From Azolla caroliniana (lineage: Eukaryota; Plantae; Polypodiophyta), in the NCBI GenBank assembly GCA_043228905.1, contig JBHGNT010000020.1, forward strand, positions 4,464,001-4,528,000: a stretch of DNA of 64,000 bases, written 5' to 3'. A model generated the notes under the pieces. The model had not been told where the DNA came from. It did no database searches and was given only the letters and a program-made list of their open reading frames with translations. Shown here piece by piece: positions 13,131 through 26,690 of this stretch; positions within the stretch are counted from its first letter, which is position 1, and each line of letters opens with the position of its first letter. The translations under genes and the position numbers were made by a program.

Positions 13131-16100
13131 CTACCATAGGTGAATGTTTCTCTTTTGTACATTGTTCTTCATGCGCGTATATATTTTATGTGCACACATG
13201 TACTCAATGGAGCAAGGATGTCTTCAAAGATGTTCACTTTCGTTCAAACATATGGGTGCGTCCGTCCATGTTCGCAATATGTACTTGTTTCAGGAATTTA
13301 CACATGGACAATGTGAACATATTAGTGAACCACATTTTCCAAATGTTTCAATTGGAGTAAATGCAAGCTTGGAGGATTCATTCACGATCACTTTTGGTTT
13401 GTTTATGTTCTTGAATCTCTGCCCTGTCACGCAAACAATTGAGATCAATGTGCATCGTTCACCGCACTCTCGTGTGTGGTAAAAAGTGATTGCAATGAAT
13501 GATTTCTCTGTAATGGTCTTGCTACTAAAGGGAGGGGTTAAACCAACTTGTGTGATTTCCCCAACATATTACAAGTAGCATATTTAACCTCCATTTTGGA
13601 AATGTTTTATGGCAATGTCCTCGATTTTTGATAATGAATGTTTGGGATTTCATCTCATACGACCATTTAGATCACACATTATTGTTTTGTATGCTTGAAA
13701 TCCTTGCTTTTCCACATATTCTAATACATAATGGCATAATTGGGAGTGTCTTTTAATGTCAATATGGTAATGATTTATGGTCGACTTGTTGTGTGGACAG
13801 GTTTAGTCAAATGGCGTTTTGGACAATCTATCTACATGTAACATACATATATGGATATAGATATCGATAGATAGATACTCATGTATCGCATATTTCTTGG
13901 ATTCTTGTTGGCTATAGTATAGTATATTGCCACTTTAATTGTGACTCTCCATGTCATTGGCTATTAAGCTCGCAAAATTGCACCACCTAATACAAGACAA
14001 ATGAATGATGAAATAAGTGAGGCACAAATCAATGAAATAGTGAGGATCATATTTGGTTTTATGCATGTATGTGCTTGCGGATGTTATGTAGGTTAGTATG
14101 TGTGCACTCTTTGGTTGGTGCCTTTGACAAAAGGAACACACAATCAAGTGTGGAGTTTACTTCATCTCTGTGTGCCTTTTTTATCTTGGTGTTTATGAGA
14201 GAAGCAGAAAACACAAGCAAGCTTGGAGCCAAGTACTCCAAAATAATGAGATTGAAAAGCCAAGGTCTTAATGTTAACAAAACGATTGTCATGATTAATT
14301 CCCAATATAAAGAAATCTAATTTCGGCTATCTATTCTTTAATTTTTTAAGTGTGACAGCAAGTATGTGTGTCTCGAAGGTTTAAGTAAGATTTGGATTTA
14401 TATCCTTTCTCATTTAGTACTTCCATCAGTTGACGTATATTTCACCTAAAAATATGGTGTTACGGTTTCATTGTTCACAAAATCTAATGGCAGAAAAACT
14501 ATGGGGCCTATCTTAGGCATTGCTTACAAAACAACACTAAGTACAAGTCAAGTAGAAGATTATACAATTAAATGGTTTTAAAATAGCTTTTTGAACTACG
14601 TGTTCTTAATTGACTTGTAAAGGTTCATCTCGACCACTTGAAGGGTTGTACTTATTTGTTTTACTAGAAGCCAAAAGATACGAGTACATCTAAAGAATTA
14701 CAAGCTTTAAATAATGCATGAGATAAAATCATAAAAATATCTATGGATAGTGAATACCTTGAGCACAAGAATCCATACACAATGTACGAAAACCTATGGA
14801 CAGATAAGACAATAAAAAACTTGCTTACTCTACTTTTCTAGAATACAAGGATGATTATACTTCACTCCCATTTAGGAAATGCAAACATAGTGGCAATGTT
14901 TACAGAAATAAAAAGTGATCGAAATCATGTTAAAATATGTTGGTCATATAAATCAATGTTTAAACTCCTCTTCATGAAAGGGACATAAATGTATATTTTG
15001 GTACTTTTAAAACTATAGGGGCCCAGATCATATCAGAAAAAATATGTAAAACACCTTGCACTTCAATAAATAACAGTAACATATAATTGTTCGAAAACCG
15101 AGGGTATTTGGTAAATAGCTAAAACGAATTCCAAGGAAGGGGGGAGGGACAGATTTCCAAAATGTGCAATATCCTACTTGGGCAATTTCCAAGTTTAATT
15201 TGCTAACTATCTAAAATCCTCAACCTTGGCTATTTGCCCCAATGAGAGAGTAAAGTTTATAATCTACTAAAGTACAATTCTGATTTGAAATTGACCTTTA
15301 TATTGCTACAAAAACTAGGTAGGATCTGACTATGACTGATTATTAACCATAGTTGGAAGCATAGCTACAGCCTACCACTACTAGATACCACATCGATCGA
15401 CATTCATATACTTGATCACTTGAGCCCCTATTTACATGAAAGTTTAACATTATATACATAATGAGAACATACAATTAGCGCCATCTACTTTATAATCTAG
15501 AGCAATTAGTATGGAAACAAGTTTGCTAATCTTATAAATAGGGATGCCAAAATGTACAAGTCAAAGGTAAATGAACATCAGATTTTTGGATTGCATGTCA
15601 CGCTAGAATGAACCATGGCCACAACATAAAATCCTAATTGAAGTATATATAATTGGACACTGTGACTAGATGCTACGTTATACAAGAGCTAATCTAATGT
15701 TGTAAGCTTTTGTGCTTGCACCAATGTCCCCTCCCTCACGAAATCCCAAAGTCCTAATTTTAGTTGACCTTAGACCATCATTCTTGGAGAAAACCACCAC
15801 CAAGGGAAAACATTGGATTTACATTGTCAGTAGAGCTATACAACACATTCTTTTAGTGTATAAGAGTCATGTTGGTTGATGTAGCTCAATCTGGTTATAA
15901 GGTGCATGTGCAATTATAACCATGGCATATACTTAATCATCTCCACTCATGAACAGCCACAAGAATTCTAAAACATTTTCCATTTATTCATCAGCCATAT
16001 ATTATTATTTGCTTTGAGTTGCTTCCATCCAAGTTTAATAAAACAACACAATAGACACAACAAAAGAACATTGGTCAATCATGTTGACAGAAGAAAAGTA

Positions 16101-16409
16101 GCATCATTGGGAGACTAAATATGCACCTCGATTTTTTGTCCAAAACAGCCACAATTAGCTTACCAATCAAATGCACAACAATTTACATAAAACACTACAT
16201 AGGGCTATGCCTATATCATCTAGTGAACATGGAAGAAATCATAATACTTGCATTACATGGCGAAGCAAGATTGATTCATGAATTCGAGAACCATGACGAT
16301 GCTTATATATTACCTCCTGTTTTAAGTTTCTTATATTCCATAATTATATAATTTCCTATTAGACTACTAACAGCCAGAATCTCATCACATTGATTTGCTT
16401 AATGCTTGG

Positions 16410-16533
16410 AAAACCTCATTGAACTAGTAATCAATAAATAGACTAGCTAGATGTCTATTCATCTTCCCATAAAAACCTCATTGAACTAGTAATCGATAAA
16501 TAGATTAGATAGATGTCTATTCATCTTGCCATA
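16410..16533. repeat. 62-bp tandem duplication just downstream of the ELF1 stop codon (3' UTR region)
   Basis: aaaacctcattgaactagtaatc..tcatctt(c/g)ccata occurs twice. Confidence 0.9.
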
Positions 16534-16584
16534 ACGCGCTAGAGACATATTACAATGTACATAAATATGTGACCAAGGCCATGC

Positions 16585-17099
16585 CTACTCAGCTGCATTT
16601 GCCCTTTCACACTCATCTATCCAATCACTGTACCTGTTCAAAGAAACTGAGACCTCAAAACTGAATCAAAATATTCAAATTTTTTTTGTTGTGTTAGAGA
16701 ATTGGATTCTGTACGAAATGTGTTTTGGCACTATACAGCCTTTGGTCCCTAACTCATTACTAACTATAGAATCCTAATGCATATGACTGGAAATGTTGCT
16801 AACACAAAAGATGAAAATTCATTAGTCCCTGCATTTTCTTATTTCCCCGAATTCCCCAGGTCAGCTCCCAAAACAGAGAAAGGAGATTCACTGAGAATTG
16901 CCAAAAATAGAAAGAAAATGGCAGCAAATGTCCATGTAATTGCCTGAGAAGCATTGAGAGAAGCCATATGGGGAAAAAACGAATTATTATGGGCATTTGA
17001 GATATTGCAAAACTCAGGTGGATTCAGGGAATTAACAACAAAGTCAAGGGTATTGGGGAAATAAAAAAAATCCCAGGTTCCCTCCCATAAAACTATCAC

Positions 17100-17170
<71 letters not shown>

Positions 17171-18674
17171 ACATCAATTGGTTCACTTAAGGCTGCAAAG
17201 GATAACAAGGTAATGTCAGCACACCAATCCCTCCTAAGTTCTCACACAAAGATGGCCAAAAACTAAAACACAACAATATTAAGAAAATGCTTACTATCAA
17301 TTGGAGCTGTGTAGTGCTCTTGGCATATCCTGCAGCTGACTTCACCAATTCCATTCTTCCTGTCCCTGTTGTGATATAGGGCAACACCAACATTTAAAGA
17401 AGGAATTCAACACAATGTAGACCATGCATGGTTCCCCACCAAATTTGGAAATAGAAAGATGAAATGAGGGGAAAAAGTTTCCAATCATGTGTTACATTAC
17501 ATTGAGTAAAAAAAGTTGATTCCATGTGTTACACATGTTATACATCCATAAATCAGGATTCACATCCTTCTTCAACATCTCATAGAAGAATTACTGCAAG
17601 GGAAGGGGATCACTATAAAGAAGTGAAAAACGTGAAAAAAATCAGAGGAAATCCAGTAAGACAGAAAAACATTTAATAAATGTTACAAAACTATCATGAT
17701 TTCTCTTCACTGGGGAAACTTCCCTTCATAGTGTGCTCAGGAAACAGAGTTTCAATGTCCCTTTGCAGTCTGTGAGCTTACAAATCGAGGGTGTATCTGC
17801 AAGTAACTGAGTGAGAGAGAGAGAGAGAGGACAAGCTAAGAATTCTCCAGAGAACCATATATGGCCCATGGTACTGAACTTCACGTCAAGGAGAACTACC
17901 TTCTTTGCATGGCTTACATCATTCCTATATAAAAAGGATACCATGAACAATACACAATTATGCCAAGATATATACTTCAAACATAATGCATGGTGATATC
18001 CTCGATATAATGTCATTGAAGTTAGGAATCTCATTATCATGCTGCAATATAAATTCCATCTTCACACAGTCACCAAAACCTCAAAGACTGAATGATTCAC
18101 AAGATATATATATATATATATTCTGTTCCTCAAAGGAACCTCAAACTTTGTACCATACAAAACGTATACATGCATGCATGCGACTACCAGCAGTACTATC
18201 TTAGACTAGCAATGAAAATGGCCCTACATATACAACAGCACACCATCATTTTCCTTGTCTTTCAATTGCCCATAAAGGAACACAATTAAAACCAACACAC
18301 CCTACAAAACCAAATTGTCTCATACAAAACCATCTGAAAATATAAGTACAGAAATTGTTGACAGAAAACAACAGATTTAAATGTACCAGTAAAACGCTTG
18401 CATCGACGAAAAAAAACAACGAAAACCTAACATTGGAAAACATATACAACAAAATGTAGATAAAGGAAAGGATTGATATGGAAAACATATACATACAAAA
18501 AAATGTAGTAGATAAAGGAAAGGATTGATATAAGAGGCAGAGGCAGAGGTAGGTGACTTACATGCGGCACTCCACGCTATTCTCGTGGTTGCAGAAGGGG
18601 CAGCTGAAGACAGTGGAGAGCTTCTCCATCCGCTTTTTCGGTGCAGCCTTGGCCGAGGACTTACGTTTCCCCAT
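16585..18674 (-). CDS. ELF1: Transcription elongation factor 1 homolog (Elf1/ELOF1), 84 aa; exons 18674-18562, 17365-17295, 17192-17171, 16633-16585
   Basis: Manual splicing at GT-AG sites gives MGKRKSSAKAAPKKRMEKLSTVFSCPFCNHENSVECRMDRKNGIGEVSCRICQEHYTAPIDTLSEPIDVYSDWIDECERANAAE*; CPFC/CRIC zinc ribbon and DVYSDWID signature. Confidence 0.97.
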
Positions 18675-19124
18675 CGCTCAAACCTTGAAACGCCGCCTCT
18701 CCTAACCTCTCCCTTCCTTCCTTCCTTCCTTCCTTCCTTCCTTCCTTCCTTCCGTCAGCAATGCTCTGCTCTGCTCTGCTCTGCTCGGCTTGGCTTGGCT
18801 TGGATTGAGCGACAAGTTACAACGGGGAGGGAGACCGTTTGCATTTGTTTGTTTTTCTTTTTCTTGTTCATTATTTAATTTGCTTCATTTAGAAATGTAA
18901 TTGCCTCACACTTACTTTCTTACTTTCTTAAATTGGGTCCCTTGGTTTTTCGTATTTCCTAGACTTGCCCCTCGAGTCCCCTCGAGTCCTCCCGCCTTTG
19001 GCTTCGTGGTTGGTTTACACAACAGTGGTCGCAGCCAACTGAGTAACGTGAAAGTCATAATGTTAAGAGTTAAAGAACCCAAGATCGATGATGGCCATTT
19101 GGGTGGGGCTACGCCCTCCCTGTC

Positions 19125-19305
19125 CCATATGTAACACACATGATGTGTTGAGGGGTTCTGTAATTGGAACCACAACACACCATCTCGATGGATTGAGGTG
19201 AGGGCCTTTCTCAACGGGTAGAGAGGGACCCCATTGTAACACATCCGATGTGTTGAAGGGTTCCATGATTGGAACCACAACACACCACCTTGATGAATTC
19301 AGGTT
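19125..19305. repeat. Degenerate ~105-bp tandem duplication upstream of ELF1
   Basis: tgtaacaca..gatgtgttga.gggttc..attggaaccacaacacacca occurs twice. Confidence 0.75.
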
Positions 19306-19311
19306 GAGAAA

Positions 19312-19610
19312 TGTTGAGATACCAAGCTCAACTTGATTTACTAATGTTGTTATAGGTAGAATCTAATTCAACTAGATTTTAGTGCCCATGAATGAGTCGA
19401 ATGTACTTATGTCAGCCCTCTACCTTTATGAAAGGAATCTAGGGGCTTTCTATATAACGTGCTCACAAAGCATGTTGTGAGGGACCATTTTTCTTGATAA
19501 GTGAATGTAAGTCTTCTGTTTTTGGTGCATACTGAATCCCTTTGTGTATTGCTATTTATATCTCTGATTCTGTTTTATCTTCATCTCTGTTTCTATCTTT
19601 GTGATATATC
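19312..19610 (+). mobile_element. Truncated Copia-type LTR
   Basis: Starts TGTTGAGATACCAAGCTCAAC, like 4585 and 61127; no TSD seen. Confidence 0.6.
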
Positions 19611-20713
19611 GTTATGTTCGGCCAAGCTGAAAGGGTAAGTGTTGGAAGCACGACCATAAGTGCAGAACAAAACCAACACCCTCTAAGGTGAGGATCTTCA
19701 AGTTGATGGTTACCAAAGTCGGCAAGAACAGATTGACAAGAATATATAGGCAATTGTAGCAGAAACAAGATCAAGATAGAGCAAAATAGGCAAAGGCACA
19801 CATAGAGGCACAAAGTAGTGTAATTGTATTATTCCAGAAGTTACAATATGGCACAACAACTCTCAACCGCAACTTGGACTAGGTTATGAGTTCAGTTTAT
19901 ATATGAACCGAACGAGGGCAACTACCCTTTATAATATTTACATATATGGCCTAAACGTAGTCTGTCTAATGGGACAACGTGGATATGTCCATTATAAGCC
20001 TGTATTTGACACTCCCCCGTAATGGGCATATACAACAAAAATCTATAATCAAAAGAATGAGCAAATATACAAATTTATACAAATAGTTTTCGGACAAGTT
20101 GGCTTGAGGCCAAATTGACAATGGCCGAAAAACAGAAATCGGATTGGCTATGCCGATTGTCAAAAATTGAATTCTAAAAGTGTCGAAGCCGATTTTCCAA
20201 AATCGTCCTTATTGTTTGACATAATCGGACTGATTTTTCCTAGCGCCCATCTAGTGCCGAAGAGATCAGAATCTGTATGTCAAAAGACACTATCCCATTT
20301 GCTACATTATCAGTCGTTGATATTTTCTTGAGGCCGATTTTTCTTGAAATGAAGCTGTCTCGAGCGAAGTGATATCGAATATTGATACATTTTGAGGCGT
20401 TATGATGAACCATATTTTTGGACAAAGCGACAACACCTTGACTGTCGCTATAGACAACTGGAGCCGAATTAGAGTCGGATTGTCGAAACCTATGCGCCAG
20501 TTGACTGATCCATAAGGCCTCTTTGACTGCATCGGATGCGGCTACATATTCGGCCTCGGTTGTTGATGTGACCGTGCACTCCTACAGTTTCGACTTCAAC
20601 GAGATTGCTCCATTGCTGAATTTGAAGCAGTATCCAGTTGTTGACTTTCAGTTGTCTAGGTAGTCGGCAAAGTCCGAGTTAGTGTATCTGACTATGCCTG
20701 AAGTCTTATTTGG

Positions 20714-22021
20714 TGTCACGACATTGTGACATCAAATATGTATTTCAAGTCTCATACCACTTTCCTTTGGTGAGGACCGATTTCGATTTCTTACCTTCTA
20801 GTTCCGGTGGGGGTCACAACCACTCACTTTCTTGGTGGGGATTGTGTTGGTTTCTCGCTAGCGCTACCATTTGTGTTGTGTTTTGGGTCAACCTAAACTA
20901 TTTACCCTCTCATACTAGAAGAAGTCGAGTTGACCGCTTCACTTGCACTCCTTCGCCCGTTCGTGTTTCCAATGAGGGCTGCATGTTCGTGTTCGAGTTC
21001 CCGATGAGGGCCGCCCATGGTCACTCACGTCCGTTCGTGTTCGAGTTCCCGGTGAGGGCCGCATGGTCGCTCATGCCTGTTCATGTTCCCGATGATGACC
21101 ACACATGGTCGCTCACGACTGTCGGTGTTCTAGTCTTCAGTGAGGGCTACACATGGTCGCTCACACCTGTCGGGGTTCTAATCTCTAGTGAGGACCATAC
21201 ATGATCACTCACGCCCGTCGGTGTTGTAGTCTTCAGTGAGGGCTACACATGGTCGCTCACACCTGTCGGGGTTCTAATCTCTAGTGAGGACCATACATGA
21301 TCACTCACGCCCGTCGGTGTTCCAACCTCTGGTGAAGACCGCACATGGTCGCTCACATCCGTTGGTGTTCTAGTTTCCGGTGAGGACAACATATGGGTCC
21401 TCATGCTCGTTAGTGCTCCAATTTCCGTCCACCCCTACACCACGCTTTCGAAAAGGCGGTCGTAAAGGGGTGGATAATGTCACGACACAGTGACGGCAAC
21501 AACGTAACTAATGTGGATTGAACCTGCAACCTCACATCTACAAGACGTCATGCTTAATCATCTGGATAAGAGCATATGTTCGTATATAATACGGTATTGT
21601 ATATTCTAGCATATATACATTCCAGAATATTCTAGAGCCTTTAGTGTATTCTAGAAATATTCTATGGTGTATTCTAGACAAGTATATTCTAGAGATATTT
21701 GTCAGGTATATTCTAGAGATACTCAATCTTAGAACTTGTATAAATACTTGTAACCTCCTTGGTCCCTTTCAAGGGATTCAACACCAATCATTAACACATC
21801 ACTCTAGTATTCTCGTTTCGCCCCATCTTCTCTCCTTTACTTACATCTTTGTCTTATGCTCTTGTGTCGTTCCCAGCTTCTTAAGTTCCTCGTCTTGTCT
21901 CGTCACTCCCAACTTCACGAGTTTCTAGCCTCATCACGCCGAGTTCCATGTCCGTAACCTTATCGGTCGTAGCCTCATCATCTGTGCTTTGTCGTAGTCT
22001 ACTGTTGGTGTGTCCGTGACA
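20714..22021 (+). mobile_element. Non-autonomous LTR element X, copy 1 (5' LTR almost fully deleted, 48-bp array, PPT, 3' LTR 21478-22021)
   Basis: TGTCACG..CGTGACA termini with perfect TSD TTTGG; PPT aaaggggtggataa. Confidence 0.9.
20965..21425 (+). repeat. 48-bp tandem hairpin array (~9 units) with a 96-bp higher-order duplication
   Basis: Unit core gtgaggaccgcacatggtcgctcac; 21140-21235 repeated from 21236. Confidence 0.9.
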
Positions 22022-22822
22022 TTTGGACTGAATAGGATGTCGTGATATTTTGTTCCCACTAGATATCTAAACACATGCTTTACTGCGTTCCAATGCGATC
22101 AACCGGGATTATGCATAAATCTGCTAACGACTCCTACGGCCTGAGCTATGTCCGGCCATGTTGCAACCATCACATACATCAAAGAGCCAATAGCCGATGC
22201 GTAAGGTACCAGATTCATAGTCTGGGCTAGATGTCGTGATCTTTTGTTCCCACTAGATATCTAAACACATGCTTTATTGCATTCCAATGCGATCAACTGG
22301 GATTATGCATAAATCTGCTGACGACTCCTATGGCGTGAGCTATGTTCGGCCGTGTTGCGACCATCGCATACATCAAGGAACCAATAGCCGATGCGTAAGG
22401 TACCGGCTTCATAGTTTGGGCTAGATGTCAGACAGTCTCTCTGAGATAGCCAAAGGCTAATTGGGAGTGGGGTTGAAGCAAATTTTGCCGATTTCATGTT
22501 CAAGTGTTCCAAGACACATCCAATATAGTCTTGCCTTGAGATAGAAATAGTTGTCGTCGATTCTGAACCTGACTCATCTTCATCCCCAAAATGTGTCTTG
22601 CCGGACCGAGGTCCTCCATGGAAAACTTCAACCGTAGTTGCCGAACGAGTTCAAAGAGCTCTTCAGCATGTCAGCCTAAGAGTAGCATGTCGTCCACGTA
22701 GATGATAAGGAAGATGAGTGGCCTATCTAGAGCTATTTTGGTGCAGAGGTAGTGTCCTCATTGCTCTTGGAGAAGCTGACTGATTGTCCATGAAGTCGTC
22801 AAACTTCTTATACCATTGCCTC

Positions 22823-23797
22823 TGTTAGAGTTGGATCCTAATGTAAGCATGAGATAAGGATATAAGAGAGAGATAGATAAGAAAGGAGAGAGAGAAAGAA
22901 GGGTGTCGATCCACCTGACCACCCCCGAGCAAAGGGATCGAGACGGACACGAGCCTCGATCGAAATCCCATACCACCATCGTGGCGTCGAGTCGTACTTG
23001 GTATTGGCGTGCTCACTACAAGAGTTTGATCCACCACAAGGATAGAGTCTCGACGTAGTCAAGCGATGTCAAATGATGGTAGCTTGGTCTCCAATTTATA
23101 CCCAGATCTAAGGCCCCAAGGCAAGTTCACACGTGGCCTTAATGGTTTGTCTCAATCCCAAGTATTAAAGTAATCCTTCCCTTCTTTACACTCTCGTTTA
23201 ACCCTCACACTTTATCCATGTGTATAGAATACTACGGTACAATCTTACCACAGGATATTATATGGTCATGCCCGTAACATACTCCCCCTCTTTAAAACAT
23301 TGCCCTTTCCCATGTGGCATCTTGTATAGACTTATCCAACCACTTAATTTTAAATTCTTAGATTATTTTAGAACACAAAATTTTCATTTTAACGTCAAGA
23401 TTCCTCTTTGGTATATGTGGTTTAGAAGAAAATTCTTCAAAAGTAACCAATGTTTTGTTAGGAAACAGGTCCCTCCGGATGGGAAGTGAGAAGAACAGTA
23501 CTAATGAGCAAACTCGGCCGAGGCCGAAACCGGATGTGGAGTACCAAGCTATGGAAGACCCGGTGAGAACCGGATGACGAGTACCCGGCAAGAGTTGGAT
23601 GGTGAAGGCCCGGTGTGAAGTGCTCACCGGATGAAGGGAAATATTCGTAAATATGTTTTCTGAATGTCCATCGGGGCTATATTTGTAAATAGCCGAAAAG
23701 TCATATTAGTATAAATATGACTTAGGGCAAAATTAGAGTACGTTGTTGAAAGTTGTTGTTGTCATTCTTGTTGGCGCAAGATTAGAGCGCAATAGTG

Positions 23798-23853
<56 letters not shown>

Positions 23854-24345
23854 AAGAGACGAAGAGTTCGTATCTCTGTTGTAACCGCCACCTATGGCGA
23901 AGACAGTGAACAAGAGGTCGTTGCCTCTGTGTTCATCTATTGTATATTGTTACATAGTGATAGTTAGCAGTCAGTGGACTGCCATGGTTTTTTCCTATGT
24001 TTGGGTTTTCCACGTAAACATCTTGTGTACTCTTCTCTCCATTGTGTCGTGCATTCATTCCCATTTTTTGTGTTTGATTCTAAGCTTGGTTGTGGCCGAG
24101 CGTTGTTCATTGGGAGCGTGTAGTTCTTGACACGTTTCAGTTGTGATTGTATTGTCGCCAGAACCAAGAAGTTCTTTTAAACGACTTACATGGAAATTTG
24201 GATGGATTTCAACACCATCAGGAAGAGTAAGACGATAGGTTGATGAACCAATGCGTTCAAGGACTATAAACGGTCCACAAAACCGTGGGGCTAACTTAGC
24301 ACACTTACCCGTAGACAATGTCTTAGAATTGTGAGGTATGCGTAA
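22823..24345 (-). mobile_element. Chromovirus (Gypsy) 3' end: INT C-terminus with GPF motif, chromodomain remnant, PPT, 3' LTR 22823-23279
   Basis: KLAPRFCGPFIVLERIGSSTYRLTLP..HPNFHVSRLK; FKIKWLDKSIQDATWE; PPT ctccccctct. Confidence 0.88.
23456..24132 (+). mobile_element. Solo LTR of Copia family A
   Basis: TGTTAGGAAACAGGTCCCTCCGG..CTTGACA; TSD tgttt/cgttt (1 mismatch). Confidence 0.88.
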
Positions 24346-24631
24346 TGTTGAGAATCAAACTCAACTTCCCATGAGTGGGAACACACTCAAGGATACTCAA
24401 GTGTGTGAACACCCCACCTCCTTGTATAGTAACTAATGTGTCATAGAAGTTAATGTCCCATGACACATATTCTTTAAGTACTGAAGACACGACCTCTTTC
24501 CCAAGAGGCGGTACTAGTGAGAGAACTTAGAGAAAAGGTGATTGTATAAGCACCTCCTCCCTCTCTTTGTAACAGTTGGTCATTCTTGCTTCCTCGTCAT
24601 ATAGTTTTTCTGATTTTTCTATATTCGTGAG

Positions 24632-24666
<35 letters not shown>

Positions 24667-24716
24667 CAATTCTTCCGTTGCACAGAATTCATCCGATTCT
24701 CTCTCACTCTCTCTCT

Positions 24717-26690
24717 TGGGCTCCAAGTGTACCATCCTTCATGTGGACGCAACTAGAGAGACCTTTGGTGATTATGTTATCACGTCAACTCCAAAGCAAA
24801 TCGACAGTACCGCATGACATTATTAGAGCAAAGTTTAGTCTACCCCCGATGTTAGTAGAAGCACTCTTTCAGATGGTAGTTTTTATTCATCGGATACATA
24901 GCCAACCACAAGATAGGATATCCCATCGAGCCTTTGAGGCATCCCGATCCCTACATGCATCTGGAGACACTAGGTCTTGGTATAGCATTGTGGTGAGTTG
25001 GTTACTTGCAAATGGCATAGACATTAATAACCTACCTCCCCTTAAGTACAACCACGGGAATGATCAAACTCTAATCTCTCATAAAGACCGTAATAAAGTG
25101 ATACACCAAGAAATATGGCAAATTTACACTCAATATAAATGGATCATCCCACGAGAGCCACTCCCATCTAAAATGTTGTACTATAAGGAACACTTCTTGC
25201 ACTTCTCTAAGTTAGGTTTTTTTACACGACCAACATATCTAGATACATTCTTATCAAATGCACTAAGGGTGGCCATTGGACAACTTAGGATATCATCTCA
25301 CCAACTTGAGATTGAGAATGGTCGAGCTAATAGAGTCTCTAGAGAGGAAAGACTATGTAGGTTATGCCACATAGAGATAGAGGATGAGTATCACTTCACA
25401 TGCAAGTGCCCAACTTATGCTGAGATACAGGCAAAATAACAAGACATATTAGGACCCTCTCCCACCCTCTCCAAACTATTAGATACCCCGAGTGTAAAAA
25501 GACTAGGTAGGTATATCTTAGAGCTAAAACAACATAGGGAGAATAAATTACAAAGTGTTAATCATAACCCTTTTACTATTCATCAACATGTAACTAGTGT
25601 AATTTTTCAGGAACAAGGGGAGACGATGAATGTGGATACACTTACGCCGCTCTGCCTCTCCCTTGAGGAAGCAGAAATACAAAGAACAACCAAACACCCT
25701 CGGATGTTGGGCTTCAAAACAAGTTGACGTGGAGTAGAAAAGATTAAGAAGATAAGGGAACGTGAGCTACGTCGACTAGAAGCTATGGTTGGGGTACCTT
25801 TTACATTGGGATCACGGGCCACATCCACATCACAACCCTTTGACCTGTTGGGAATATGTCCCTCCAGTGGGAGGATGACTCGACTGTTCGGAAAGCCGAC
25901 AGTCGAAGAGTCAGAAAACAGGAGCCGAGTTGATGAGGAATTCGGCCGAGGATGATAGGCCTCGGCCGAAACCGGAATCGTGTAAAAAGCCAACTCGGGA
26001 GACTATATTTGTAAATAGTCTAAGTGTGCGCCCCATGAGGGCTATTTATGTAAATAGCCAGAACGTTGTGTAAGTATATACGCAACTAGGGCAAACTTTA
26101 GTTAGAAAGGGTGTAACAGAAGTTGTTAAGTGTGATGAACAGTGTGTAGAGGTACAGAAGAGAACAAGGGAGAGAGATAGTGTGTGTGTGTGAGCCGCGC
26201 CATAGTTGTGTGAGTAACAGTAGACGCGAAGAGCCCTGTGAAGCTGATACACTCGATAGAGTGTAGTATTCCTCTCGGTATTGTATATCCACTATACTAT
26301 AGTGAAGAATCTGTTCACCCGTGGTTTTTTTCCCGTTTTAGGGTTTCCACGTAAATCTCTGTGTATAGTCATCTATCTTGTCTTTCTGGTATTTTTCTAC
26401 AATTTGTATTTCAGCACAGTGTTTGTTTATTGTGATCTATTCTGCAATCTATTTCTCATCAAACATGACCTCCCGCTTCTCTTCGAGAGACTTGGATGGA
26501 AATGAAATTAGGCCTAGTATAGCATCTTTTCATTGTAGAACATGTTTTTTTTTAGAACTATTTTTTATCCTATTTTGATTTTTTACTTTCGATGAATGGG
26601 TAAATATCCCATTTTTTGTAAACCATTTGTCTCATGGGCCAAATTTGGCCTTAGAAGATGTTAATATATCTTTCTTTCTTTCTTTCTTTC
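24717..26690 (+). mobile_element. 5'-truncated LINE, 3' end (RTEX-like C-terminal CCHC domain) with (TTTC)n tail
   Basis: LRVAIGQLRISSHQLEIENGR..ERLCRLCHIEIEDEYHFTCKCPTY; tail 26669-26690. Confidence 0.8.
25846..26465 (+). mobile_element. Solo LTR (Copia-type) inside the LINE
   Basis: TG..CA with perfect TSD TGACC. Confidence 0.92.

Larger units (their letters stand above)
19615..22822 (-). mobile_element. Degenerate Copia D 3' half (RT, RNase H, PPT, 3' LTR ~19615-20011), with a ~200-bp internal duplication at ~22036-22430
   Basis: IYVDDML (gtcgtccacgta), KCINIRYHF RNase H; PPT ctccccc after tttgaca at 20012. Confidence 0.85.

Noticed and set aside
13935-14320. Short ORFs between the two genes
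   Set aside because: No recognisable domain or splice pattern.
17187-17393. 68-aa ORF in the ORF track
   Set aside because: It is an off-frame reading across ELF1 exon 2 and introns.
20965-21425. Hairpin repeats with linkers resembling a CRISPR array
   Set aside because: Linkers are homologous to each other, the context is a eukaryotic retroelement, and there are no cas genes.
21511-21575. Possible tRNA gene
   Set aside because: No intact cloverleaf or acceptor stem; kept only as a tRNA-like LTR module.
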